From positions 62,001 through 126,000 of IMG/VR virus record IMGVR_UViG_3300046665_000548: 64,000 nt of DNA. One strand, given 5' to 3'. The notes beneath the pieces are model-generated. The model was not told the DNA's origin and made no database searches. It saw only the letters and a list, made by a program, of their open reading frames with translations. This document shows, one piece after another, positions 48,952 through 57,821 of this stretch (position 1 is its first letter; each line of letters begins with the position of its first letter). Both the position numbers and the translations under genes were made by a program.

Positions 48952-49169
48952 TGCGCACTGATCTCACCGAAATGGAGCACAAGTTGCTTCACCACATATC
49001 GCGAGTCGATAAGCAAGGTTTCGCTTGGCTTTCTCGTGACGAAGATGAGGTCACGAATTCTTGTCTGTCATCTCTCGTTGATCGTGGATTAGTGACGAGA
49101 GAAAATGGCTGGTTCATCTCCATTACCGAGGACGGCAAGCTTTTGATTCGTATGTACGGGAAGCCGTAG
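48951..49169 (+). CDS. MRTDL winged-helix paralog 6
   Basis: Same pattern; close to paralog 1. Confidence 0.75.
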   Translation: MRTDLTEMEHKLLHHISRVDKQGFAWLSRDEDEVTNSCLSSLVDRGLVTRENGWFISITEDGKLLIRMYGKP

Positions 49170-49173
49170 CGTC

Positions 49174-49179
49174 TAAATA
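49174..49179 (+). promoter_or_regulatory. Late promoter box TAAATA (representative)
   Basis: Also at 5093, 15864, 19325, 20327, 32890, 42292, 46417 and 53450, and on the minus strand before 30492, 41196, 47734, 58861, 25153 and 19209; resembles the T4 gp55 late promoter TATAAATA. Confidence 0.75.
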
Positions 49180-49184
49180 CTCGC

Positions 49185-49877
49185 ATGAACATGCGCGACA
49201 TCATCACTCTCATTGAAACTCAAGAGCTAGACGAGATTGAACTCGGTGGCCAGTTGGACAGTTCGTTTGTTGATGATCTCGACAAGAAAGATTTGAGCAG
49301 CGATCAGCTTGATCTTTTCGAACCAACCACGACGGGTCAGCCGCGTCTTCCCGCCAATATGAAGTTGATCGGCCGTACGGGTGCGTATTACGTGGCGCAA
49401 CGCACCGGGCCGCTTCCTGGGCAATCTCAATCCAAAGACGAACATCTATACGTGTTCATCAAAGACAATAAAGCTGCGGGCTATATCTGCCTGTATCCGT
49501 GGAGCGGCGATCACGTCAATTATCCGCATCAAGTGAGCTACCAGCCTGATCTGCACGGCAAGGGTCTTCGCACGGCGGCTGTAATGGTTATGCCGGATTT
49601 TCGCGGACAGAACCTTGGCCCGACTATGTACAAATGGGTTTTGGAGAACGTTTGCGACTACATCATTGCCGATGCCACTCACACCCAGGGCGGCGCTGCA
49701 CTCTGGAAGAGAATGCGGGCGATGAAAAATGTGTTTGCGGTAGAGATTTGGAATGCTGACAAATACGAGACGCAACCACGTTGGCACAGGCATGTGTATG
49801 ATCGTGACCACTACATTCCGTGGATCACATTAAGAGGGCGCGAACATAACATTCGGACCGGGGAGGACGACGAATGA
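49185..49877 (+). CDS. Tagged protein with a GNAT acetyltransferase-like domain
   Basis: MNMRDIITLIE tag; VMPDFRGQNLGPTMY acetyl-CoA motif A. Confidence 0.75.
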   Translation: MNMRDIITLIETQELDEIELGGQLDSSFVDDLDKKDLSSDQLDLFEPTTTGQPRLPANMKLIGRTGAYYVAQRTGPLPGQSQSKDEHLYVFIKDNKAAGYICLYPWSGDHVNYPHQVSYQPDLHGKGLRTAAVMVMPDFRGQNLGPTMYKWVLENVCDYIIADATHTQGGAALWKRMRAMKNVFAVEIWNADKYETQPRWHRHVYDRDHYIPWITLRGREHNIRTGEDDE

Positions 49878-50365
49878 ATATGCGCGATCTTATGACGCTC
49901 GTTGAGGCGCGCGGAGGAACGAAGCTTTATCACGGTTCAAAGAAATCGTTTCCTGTTGGGTTTGTTCTTGAGCCTCAGAAAGATGGCTATGTTCACGCCA
50001 ACAGTGGCGATGAGTTTGATGCGCAAATCAAGATCACGGAGCAGTTGCTCGAAAAATTTCGACCATCAGATCAATTATCCAGATACGAGTCTGTTTTCGT
50101 AACAACAACCCCCGCTACTATTGAGTATGCTGGCGGCAGTACAAACCACGTTTATGTGGTCGAGCCACTTGGACCAATCTTTTTCGGCAATCTCTACTGG
50201 TACAGTCAGATCGAGAATGCAGCATTTGATATCGATGACTATGATCCAGATGAATTGCGTTCTTGGGCGCAAAACTACTGGGCTGCTAAACCATCTGGTC
50301 AATCAGAAACGTATGAGTATCGAACCAATAAGGCGCGGATCGTCAAAGAGGTAAAATGGCGATGA
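49874..50365 (+). CDS. Tagged protein with an ADP-ribosyltransferase (Arr-like) domain
   Basis: MNMRDLMTLVE tag; LYHGS..FPVG..L, VFVT, VYVVEPLG, terminal YEY. Confidence 0.65.
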   Translation: MNMRDLMTLVEARGGTKLYHGSKKSFPVGFVLEPQKDGYVHANSGDEFDAQIKITEQLLEKFRPSDQLSRYESVFVTTTPATIEYAGGSTNHVYVVEPLGPIFFGNLYWYSQIENAAFDIDDYDPDELRSWAQNYWAAKPSGQSETYEYRTNKARIVKEVKWR

Positions 50366-50673
50366 ACATGCGCGACCTGATCTCTATCTGTGAAGCTGAA
50401 GACCTCAAAGCGTTGATGGCCAGCATTCGCGAACGTAACAATGCGGCTGAGGTTATGCTGCGGGATGCACTGTCTAACTCCTCACGACTGGCGCTTGTTC
50501 ACCCCGAGGGCAAGAAGATTTTGGTCAGCAAGTCTCTCGACCCCGACTACAAGTGGCGTCTCACTTACTTTGACGACGCTGGTCCATCGGGCCACGTCGA
50601 ATATCGTGATATCACGCGCGAGATGTCCAACGAAATTGCGATGGCTCTCAAGAACGGGTACGTGCGATCATGA
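50362..50673 (+). CDS. Tagged protein with an unknown domain
   Basis: MNMRDLISICE tag; WRLTYFDDAGPSGH. Confidence 0.7.
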   Translation: MNMRDLISICEAEDLKALMASIRERNNAAEVMLRDALSNSSRLALVHPEGKKILVSKSLDPDYKWRLTYFDDAGPSGHVEYRDITREMSNEIAMALKNGYVRS

Positions 50674-51038
50674 AGATGCGCGATCTTATCGACCTTACCG
50701 AGAGTGCAATTACAGCGACATCCATGGATGGACGCAAAGTTATTATTCTAAAGAACCCTTCTCCGGTTGTTCTGCTTGATAGGTTGAGGCGAACCAGGTC
50801 GTTGCGTGGAATTGTAGTTGGCCAAGATTTGTTTTGGGCCAACAGTTACTCTTTGATTCATGTTCAAATAGGCAAAGCCGTTGGTGCTGCTGATGGTTAC
50901 GGGGATGCCCGGCTCGACCTTAAATACAAAGACGGCGGCGCGAAGCTTTTCATTCTACCGCATAATAAATCGTTCGATGAAATTTCTGCACTGCCTCAGG
51001 TACAGAGATTACAGAACTACATTGCGGAGAAGACTTGA
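50670..51038 (+). CDS. Tagged protein with a KNP-RG-W-H domain
   Basis: MKMRDLIDLTE tag; ILKNPS..LRGIV..LFW....LIH. Confidence 0.7.
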   Translation: MKMRDLIDLTESAITATSMDGRKVIILKNPSPVVLLDRLRRTRSLRGIVVGQDLFWANSYSLIHVQIGKAVGAADGYGDARLDLKYKDGGAKLFILPHNKSFDEISALPQVQRLQNYIAEKT

Positions 51039-51670
51039 TGAATATGCGCGATCTCATGAAGCTTTGTGAGGCTCGGTATAGCCCACCCAAGCCACTCGAT
51101 GGCGGCCCGAAGATCGATGATAACAATCAGTACGGTTCATCGGCTCGTCGCCCAATGTTGCTCAGTCTTCCCGCTAGCCAACCGCAAAGTGCCTACCTTT
51201 TTCACGGTGCTCCTCTCGATCATCTCGTGTCTATTTTGCGAGACAATTGTATCAGCACCGGCATCAATTGGCGCGGTGAAGGCGAGCGCGTAGCATGCAC
51301 CCGCAATTGGAAGATAGCGCTAGGCTTTGGAAACCAAGGCGACTTTGATATGTTTCCGGCATTCCTGGTGCTGGACTGGGCTAAGCTAGCAAAGAAGTAT
51401 CACATCGTGTCTTACGAAGACTGTGACATGCATGGAGAGGCATGGAAAACTAGCGAACAGGAAGAAGCTGTCTGCGGAGAGATCACGCCTCTCAGTTCTT
51501 ATTTGATTTCGATCAATGTTGCGCCGGAAGTTCTTCTGGCTGCAATGCAGGATCGCGAATATGCTGATTGGGTTGTTGGCGAAAAGAGTTTCTTCTCGTC
51601 TCCTAGATATTGGTTCGCGGCTCTTCAGAGATTGTCTCAATCTCCAAAACTGAACGCTTGGAGACCCTGA
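51038..51670 (+). CDS. Tagged protein with an ADP-ribosyltransferase-like domain
   Basis: MNMRDLMKLCE tag; YLFHG, VACTRN..IA..F, LVLD, EQEE. Confidence 0.6.
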   Translation: MNMRDLMKLCEARYSPPKPLDGGPKIDDNNQYGSSARRPMLLSLPASQPQSAYLFHGAPLDHLVSILRDNCISTGINWRGEGERVACTRNWKIALGFGNQGDFDMFPAFLVLDWAKLAKKYHIVSYEDCDMHGEAWKTSEQEEAVCGEITPLSSYLISINVAPEVLLAAMQDREYADWVVGEKSFFSSPRYWFAALQRLSQSPKLNAWRP

Positions 51671-52407
51671 TGGATATGCGCGATCTCATGATCCTATTCG
51701 AGGGCAAAGCAGTAAAGGTTGAGATCGATGATCAACTGCCATTCCGGGTATACATCAATCCAACTCCGCAGCAGATGATGTCTGGTCGTCAGCGCGGTTT
51801 GATCGACACTGAAGGCAACCTGTATGTTTGGGACGCTTATCAGGCGACTCACGACAGTGTTGCGAACGAATTGGGTATCACCTGGGAAAGCGCATTGCTT
51901 CTTGAACCGGACAAGATTGAGATCGTTGGCGGCGACAAAAATCTTGAAAACTGGGTTCATATCAATCGAGCATACGGTGGCAAAATGCCTTTTGTTGAAA
52001 ACTCGCAGCAATATCCGGCCGAGACGTTCATGCATGAAGCCGAAGCCAGCTTGGCCCCCATGTCCGGAAACGTCTCCGCAATCCTAATACCTCAAGACGG
52101 CGATACCGTTGAGATTAATCACATCAGCGCGATGCCGATGCGCTCGGGTTGGGGCACAAAAGCAATGAATATTATCGTTTCGTTGGCAGACCGATGCGGC
52201 GTGACCCTAACGCTTGAGGTCGATAATGACTCGGACGATTGGGGCCATGACGACGAAGACGAGAGCCAACCCACTGACGATACAGCATCAATTCCGTCCA
52301 ACGATGATTTGATGGGTTGGTATGGCGGCTATGGATTTTCTGTTGCTGACGGTCTTTCCTCGCGCATTCAGATGGTAAGAAAGCCGAATACGGCTTTACC
52401 AATTTAA
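51670..52407 (+). CDS. Tagged two-domain protein: KNP-RG-WDA-H domain plus GNAT-like domain
   Basis: MDMRDLMILFE tag; INPT..RGLID..VWDAYQATH; RSGWGTKAM..IV.LADRCGVTLTL..LMGWYGGYGF. Confidence 0.7.
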   Translation: MDMRDLMILFEGKAVKVEIDDQLPFRVYINPTPQQMMSGRQRGLIDTEGNLYVWDAYQATHDSVANELGITWESALLLEPDKIEIVGGDKNLENWVHINRAYGGKMPFVENSQQYPAETFMHEAEASLAPMSGNVSAILIPQDGDTVEINHISAMPMRSGWGTKAMNIIVSLADRCGVTLTLEVDNDSDDWGHDDEDESQPTDDTASIPSNDDLMGWYGGYGFSVADGLSSRIQMVRKPNTALPI

Positions 52408-52458
52408 CTTCCCGGTGTAGTGCTTACCGCTTCTCTCAACCCGAGGAGGCTCTACTAC

Positions 52459-53385
52459 ATGAAGTCTAGCAGTTTAGCGTTGATAGACCACACGGCGGTG
52501 ACTGCATTGCAGAATCTGCCAAAGACCCGGAAGATTACTCGGCAAGTCGCCGGGTTCGATGTCGAGGACGTAGTACCGTATACGTCTGATGATATCACAC
52601 AGGGTTTCAAACAAGACGCCGACGCTTTGCGGGCTTCGCTGTCCAGTGCGGGCATCACGCCTCTGGCGGTTATTCCCACGGTCTGGTGGGATCGGATTGT
52701 TACCCGATCCAAGCTGGTCGATTTCGAGCCGTCTGGGAAAGGAACGGTCGGCGTCCATCTCTCCGAATATGCGACGGCAATCAAACGCGGATGGTATAAG
52801 ACGATCTCGTTTTTCGCCACATGGTTTACGTTGGCGTTCGCCGTATCCGCTATTCTCTATCACACCGCTCCGATCAACATGTATGGCGTCGTGTTGCTAC
52901 CTTTGATCCCGACCGTGCTCGCGACTGCGGCGCTGGCCAATTGGTGGGAATCGGCGTGGGCATGGATCGTATCCAGTGTCTACACGATGACGCGCGGCGG
53001 CAACAAACGGCTTCTTGTCGAAATATTGAGAAAGAGCAAGGACGGCTACAGCGCACGGCATGTTGGCGTGACTCTTCCTCGGCCTCCTTCTAACGTCATG
53101 GACATCTTGCTCAAAGCTGATCGTGCACAGATGAGAATGCGCGTGGCGGCAGTTCCGGAAGCGGTTCAGTTGGCACAGAGCCCGCGTCAGCTTATCGCAA
53201 ACGAGGTCAGAGACCAGTGGTCGCAGGAAGCTCTGGAGCGTCGCGAAGCGGCTCGCGTGCGTGCGCTTGATCCGATCATCTACGTCATGAAGGGTTCGGC
53301 GGTGGCCGTGATCGCTCAGTTCGGTGACTTTCCCATCGAGCAGCGCATCGTGGAAGAGGTTGTTCAGAGCCGTCCTGTCGCCTAA
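52459..53385 (+). CDS. Membrane protein (2 TM)
   Basis: GAGGAGG RBS; C-terminal DPIIY...AVIAQFGDFP.E. Confidence 0.7.
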   Translation: MKSSSLALIDHTAVTALQNLPKTRKITRQVAGFDVEDVVPYTSDDITQGFKQDADALRASLSSAGITPLAVIPTVWWDRIVTRSKLVDFEPSGKGTVGVHLSEYATAIKRGWYKTISFFATWFTLAFAVSAILYHTAPINMYGVVLLPLIPTVLATAALANWWESAWAWIVSSVYTMTRGGNKRLLVEILRKSKDGYSARHVGVTLPRPPSNVMDILLKADRAQMRMRVAAVPEAVQLAQSPRQLIANEVRDQWSQEALERREAARVRALDPIIYVMKGSAVAVIAQFGDFPIEQRIVEEVVQSRPVA

Positions 53386-53406
53386 CTACCGAACGATACG
53401 AACACG

Positions 53407-53440
53407 AAAGGGCTGGCCGAAAGGCTGGCCCTTTTTCTTT
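53407..53440 (+). terminator. Intrinsic terminator
   Basis: AAAGGGCTGGCC-GAAA-GGCTGGCCCTTTTT. Confidence 0.75.
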
Positions 53441-53461
53441 TGGCAGTCATAAATACTCACC

Positions 53462-53923
53462 ATGAATATGCGCCATTTCATTTCGCTTTGCGAAAGCCAC
53501 TTGTCAGATGCTTTTGAGGGGATCGACAAGCCAACATTAGTTCTCCCGGCCGGGACCGTTCTTTTTCACGGCACGGATCGCCCGGCCAGTGAGTGGGACC
53601 CGCGTGTTGACCCGATTTGGGGACCGGCATGGTTTGGAGCCGACTTTGAGGTGGCTAACAGTTACGCCAAATTTCAGCGCAGTGGCGAGAATGGCGAGCC
53701 GTACATCATTCAGTATAGCACCAACCGTAGCCTCAAGCTTCTAGAGGCTTCTGCGCCAGAAATTGCGGCGGTGATGGATGAATTGTACGACACCTACATG
53801 ACGGATGAAATCGCGGGTGCCATGCACGATCTTGGCTTCGAAGGCTGGCACATCAAAGATACCGAGGTCATGATCGCGGACGGCAACGCGCTTGATTTCG
53901 TCAAGATATTGAAGGTGCAATAA
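53462..53923 (+). CDS. Tagged protein with an ADP-ribosyltransferase-like domain
   Basis: MNMRHFISLCE tag; LPAGTVLFHGT, AWFG....A..YA, GFEGW...TEVMI. Confidence 0.65.
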   Translation: MNMRHFISLCESHLSDAFEGIDKPTLVLPAGTVLFHGTDRPASEWDPRVDPIWGPAWFGADFEVANSYAKFQRSGENGEPYIIQYSTNRSLKLLEASAPEIAAVMDELYDTYMTDEIAGAMHDLGFEGWHIKDTEVMIADGNALDFVKILKVQ

Positions 53924-54525
53924 TGGATATGCGCTCTCTCATTAGTCTTTGTGAAGACTACTCCGGACCTCCTTTCAAACCACGCAGCAAGTCACCAAAG
54001 TCATTCACGGTTCAGGACAACCTTGTGATTGTCCAGGACAGTGACAAAACCATTTGGGCCTACAACGGAACGCCACGTTCGAACTGGCATCCTGAGGCAA
54101 ATGGCAAAAAGATCGGCGGCGTGCTGCTCCAAGACCATGCTTCCCACGGTGAGGATGCGTGGTCAGTTTATAAGTCGGGCGTCGATAAGCCTTATCAGCG
54201 CAAGGGAGTTGCAAGAGCGCTCTACACGCAAGCCGAACAGAATGCTGCCGCTAAGGGCAAGTCGTTCGTACCATCGGGCTCCGTGTCGGATGATGCATTC
54301 CATTTCTGGAGCAATTTTAGGCCAGAGCGTATTGCAAAGGATGGGCGCAACTGGGCTCAGCATTACGTTGGCAAGCAGGTTCACTTTCAGGATCGCGACT
54401 GGGTAATTACTAGCGCAGCAAGAAGCGACGGAAGATACTTTATGGCGAAACTAGTGAACGGAGACAACACTACGGGTATCCCTCGCCAGATCGTCATCGA
54501 CCAGCTTGGGGATTTCTACAAATGA
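53923..54525 (+). CDS. Tagged protein with a GNAT acetyltransferase-like domain
   Basis: MDMRSLISLCE tag; VDKPYQRKGVARALY. Confidence 0.75.
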   Translation: MDMRSLISLCEDYSGPPFKPRSKSPKSFTVQDNLVIVQDSDKTIWAYNGTPRSNWHPEANGKKIGGVLLQDHASHGEDAWSVYKSGVDKPYQRKGVARALYTQAEQNAAAKGKSFVPSGSVSDDAFHFWSNFRPERIAKDGRNWAQHYVGKQVHFQDRDWVITSAARSDGRYFMAKLVNGDNTTGIPRQIVIDQLGDFYK

Positions 54526-55046
54526 ATATGCGCTACTTGATGAATCTCTGCGAATCTCAAGACCCAGAGATCGAAAAACTTTTAAAGATGGACCCTTTCA
54601 GCAAGGGCAGTGCGTACACTCCGCACTCTCGCGAGAAGCAACTTAAGGCGAAAGAGGCAAGTGCTGCTACGAGAGAATTGAAGGCGATCATCAAGGACGC
54701 AAAACAGTCCGGCGTAGTCATTGAACTTTATCCGTCTGTCCAGACGTACAGCAGCGACATTCCTATGAAATGGATTGAGAACAACTCAGTCAAAGGTACC
54801 GCCGCCAAGTATATGCAGATGATCTGCGATCTCGCAGATCGATACGGACTAGAATTGAACCTGCGCGCGCAGTTGGGAGAGCCGAAACTAGTCGAATACT
54901 ACAAACGCTTCGGCTTCGTTATTTCGCCAGATCAAGAAGCGGCAGTCAAACTTGGTCTATACGGACGAGATGACATCCCAGGAAACAAACTAATCGGAAC
55001 GTCGCCATTTATGTGGCGTCTTCCAAGAACGGAGCAGACCTTATGA
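54522..55046 (+). CDS. Tagged protein with a GNAT-like domain
   Basis: MNMRYLMNLCE tag; KGTAAKYMQMICDLADRYGLELNL..LVEYYKRFGF. Confidence 0.7.
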   Translation: MNMRYLMNLCESQDPEIEKLLKMDPFSKGSAYTPHSREKQLKAKEASAATRELKAIIKDAKQSGVVIELYPSVQTYSSDIPMKWIENNSVKGTAAKYMQMICDLADRYGLELNLRAQLGEPKLVEYYKRFGFVISPDQEAAVKLGLYGRDDIPGNKLIGTSPFMWRLPRTEQTL

Positions 55047-55636
55047 ACATGCGAGACCTGATGAGGCTGTGTGAAGATGCAGCAACGCCATTCCAACCAG
55101 AAGCGCCCGCACCTCAAGACGCCGCGCCAGAACAAACTCCGTTCGAGAAGTGGTTTGCTGGTTCAAAGATTGTCGATGCTTCCGGCAATCCTCTCAAAGT
55201 CTATCATGGAACGTCGAAGGATCAGAATTTTCGGGCGTTCAAGATGAACAAGAACGGTATTTGGTTCACAGCCGATCCCGCCGAAGCGTCTCAATATTCG
55301 GTAGAAAACGACAGCATGGGTCACAAGTACGACAATGGCAAGTTCAATCCCGTGCACACGGCGTCCCGTGTTATTCCCTGCTATGTGCGCGCACTCAAGG
55401 TGATGTACTACGACGTATGGCCGGATCAAATTCGTCTGGCTGATAATTACAAGCGCGCTCAAGGTATCGTGTTCGATCAACTTAGATCGCAGGGTTACGA
55501 TGCCGTAGTTACTGGTGGACTCGTAGTCGCCATTGGAAGCCCGAATCAGATCAAGTCGGCAATCGGAAATCAAAAATTCGATCCATCGAAGAAGAACATC
55601 GATGAGGATGACGACGATCCCAGCACCAAATCCTAA
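55043..55636 (+). CDS. Tagged protein with an ART-PolyVal-like ADP-ribosyltransferase domain
   Basis: MNMRDLMRLCE tag; WFAGSKIVD..GNPLKVYHGT, GIWFT..P..ASQYS, GYDAV, NQIKSAIGN. Confidence 0.75.
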   Translation: MNMRDLMRLCEDAATPFQPEAPAPQDAAPEQTPFEKWFAGSKIVDASGNPLKVYHGTSKDQNFRAFKMNKNGIWFTADPAEASQYSVENDSMGHKYDNGKFNPVHTASRVIPCYVRALKVMYYDVWPDQIRLADNYKRAQGIVFDQLRSQGYDAVVTGGLVVAIGSPNQIKSAIGNQKFDPSKKNIDEDDDDPSTKS

Positions 55637-55699
55637 AAAATCGCTTGACTGATAGCCATTTTCTGGCATGTTCGTATCCCTAAGATAGGGAACCATGCA

Positions 55700-55906
55700 T
55701 TGGCGGAAATAGAGCAAATAACCACGCGCGAACAGCGTTTGGCCGACCTTGCCACCGTCGCGAGCTTTCTCGTGTGGTGCGAGGAAGACGGGAACCCCAT
55801 GTACGGGGCGCGCACTGCGCTAGAAACTCTTGCGGCTTTTTCTCGAATCACCGGCATAAGCGTGGCTGATCTGGCAAAAGTCGCCCATGCGGGTGAGAAA
55901 AGCTGA
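55700..55906 (+). CDS. Early hypothetical protein
   Basis: After a CTTGAC promoter; start uncertain. Confidence 0.5.
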   Translation: MAEIEQITTREQRLADLATVASFLVWCEEDGNPMYGARTALETLAAFSRITGISVADLAKVAHAGEKS

Positions 55907-56562
55907 TGTTCCCATTAGCCGAAAACGACATTGTGACGCTTATGGATGTCGAGCTTGACTGGTGCCGCGAGCATCAGGATGTGCCAGAAGCGGCATGGGT
56001 GCTCAGTCTTCATGAAGCGACCAAACGCTCTGGCGAAACGCCCCAACTTCATCAGGAATTGATGAACGCGGCCATCGCGTTGCGGAAAATTCATCCGCGT
56101 CCGCTCGCCATCATCGACAAATTTTTCGCCTGGGTAATGATTAACCCTGACGCGCAAGTCGAAGCCATTCCCGCGTTCCTCGAAAATGGCATGGTCAACA
56201 TAATGTTGGCCTGCGACATGGAACATGTTCGCTCTCTTCAACCTAAAGCGTTGGTGATCGAGAAAGAATTTTCCTGCAAAATCAACATGTTTAGGTTCGA
56301 TTTTGATCGGGTGATACCCGACGAGGAAATCGAAAATCTCCAGTCCGAGAACATCAAGACCAAGACTGTCCAGGAGATTTTTGCGTTCATCGGTCCCGCG
56401 CCAACGGGCGACGAGACCATTCTCGGCGTCATGACGAATGTTGGCGGCATGCCGCTCGCTCACGCGGACACCGAAGAGATCAAGAAATTCTGGAGTGCCG
56501 CGAGCATGATCAAGCAGTCAGGCCAGAAGGTCGAATTGCGCCGCTTCCTGCGGAGCAAGTAA
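55906..56562 (+). CDS. Hypothetical protein
   Basis: TGATG-coupled ORF. Confidence 0.65.
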   Translation: MFPLAENDIVTLMDVELDWCREHQDVPEAAWVLSLHEATKRSGETPQLHQELMNAAIALRKIHPRPLAIIDKFFAWVMINPDAQVEAIPAFLENGMVNIMLACDMEHVRSLQPKALVIEKEFSCKINMFRFDFDRVIPDEEIENLQSENIKTKTVQEIFAFIGPAPTGDETILGVMTNVGGMPLAHADTEEIKKFWSAASMIKQSGQKVELRRFLRSK

Positions 56563-56883
56563 ATGACTGAGCGCGCCGAATCTTACGTTGCGATTATCGT
56601 TAGCGCCGTCGTTTCGTTGATCGTATCGCTGGGAATGCTCGGTTACACTGTATACGGAACCATGCAGGAGCATCACCGTATTGAACTCCAACTTGCTGAA
56701 CGAGAGGGGCGCAATCTAGCCGCCTATCTTGTCTTTTGCACGCAGGCCAGCGAATGGGCAGAGAAATTTCAACACGTCACTGACACGAACATTCCTACAG
56801 TCTCGAAGAGTTGTCGCGAGGCTGAGACAAAAGTCTATGGTCGTGCCGTGACGTTCTTAACGAAAAGAGGCGAAAGTCTATGA
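56563..56883 (+). CDS. Membrane-anchored hypothetical protein
   Basis: N-terminal TM helix. Confidence 0.6.
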   Translation: MTERAESYVAIIVSAVVSLIVSLGMLGYTVYGTMQEHHRIELQLAEREGRNLAAYLVFCTQASEWAEKFQHVTDTNIPTVSKSCREAETKVYGRAVTFLTKRGESL

Positions 56884-57821
56884 CGGGTAAAATGGAAATG
56901 CATAGCGTCGGTGAAGGCGATTCCAGCCAGATCGGCAAGGGACCAGCAAAGCCGGTCGATCCCTCGCACGCCTCCACCAAAGCTCTCGTTCGCCATCTGC
57001 GGCGCTACGCGAAAGACTGGTGGCTTAAGGCACCGGATGACGAGAGGAATGACAAGTCGCGTTCGTTTGCACCCATGATCATCGCGGTTTGCGCGAATGG
57101 TGATCTTGTTCCTGTCGTAGCCGCAATGGCGTTCGATGAGGACGAGAAGGAACATTTCGCCTTACACATGCGCAAGATGTTCCAGGAGTGGAATGTCGTT
57201 CGCTATGCATTCATGAGCGAAGCCTGGGTGGCAACGTATGAAGGCCCTGATCCACGCGTCGATGGCGGGTTGCCTGAACACTTGAAACCGGCTAACCGGC
57301 ATGACCGCAAAGAGGTCATAACGATTTGCGCGGCGAGCAAGAACGAGGAGTCCGATTTCTACGCTCTGGAAATGATTCGAGATTGGAATACCGGACTGGT
57401 GGTTGACCTTGTTCCGCTCGATACTGGTATGCGGGGCGTGCCGAAGGGCAGGGGCCTCAAGATGTCCGGCCGGTTCATGGAGCTTCTGGAGCCCCCTCCG
57501 TATGTGGGCAACCCAGCCTTGGACCCGGAAAACGTGTCACAGTTCGCCATGCTTTCGGTGATCCTGGAAGCCCCGGAATTCATGCGTGATCGCTACGAAA
57601 AGTTTGGTCAAGATTTCGAGCAGGTCAAAGCAACTGGCTTGGAAATCAAGCAGCGACTTCAAACTGCCGTTGATAATCTCGAAAATGCGCCAGAGCCGGA
57701 ATGGAAAAGTCGCATCGCAGAACTGACCCCGGTCTACCAAGAAGCGATGGAATACGCGAAGAAGATGTTGACCGACATTAACGAGCGAAAGGCTCGCGAA
57801 AATCCGGGTCACCTAAACTAA
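56880..57821 (+). CDS. Hypothetical protein
   Basis: Coupled ORF; FMSEAWV..DRKEVI motif. Confidence 0.65.
   Translation: MTGKMEMHSVGEGDSSQIGKGPAKPVDPSHASTKALVRHLRRYAKDWWLKAPDDERNDKSRSFAPMIIAVCANGDLVPVVAAMAFDEDEKEHFALHMRKMFQEWNVVRYAFMSEAWVATYEGPDPRVDGGLPEHLKPANRHDRKEVITICAASKNEESDFYALEMIRDWNTGLVVDLVPLDTGMRGVPKGRGLKMSGRFMELLEPPPYVGNPALDPENVSQFAMLSVILEAPEFMRDRYEKFGQDFEQVKATGLEIKQRLQTAVDNLENAPEPEWKSRIAELTPVYQEAMEYAKKMLTDINERKARENPGHLN

Noticed and set aside
47837-55100. Repeated gene starts as CRISPR, integron attC or DGR elements
   Set aside because: The repeats are coding N-termini with synonymous variation; no palindromic attC sites, integrase or reverse transcriptase are seen
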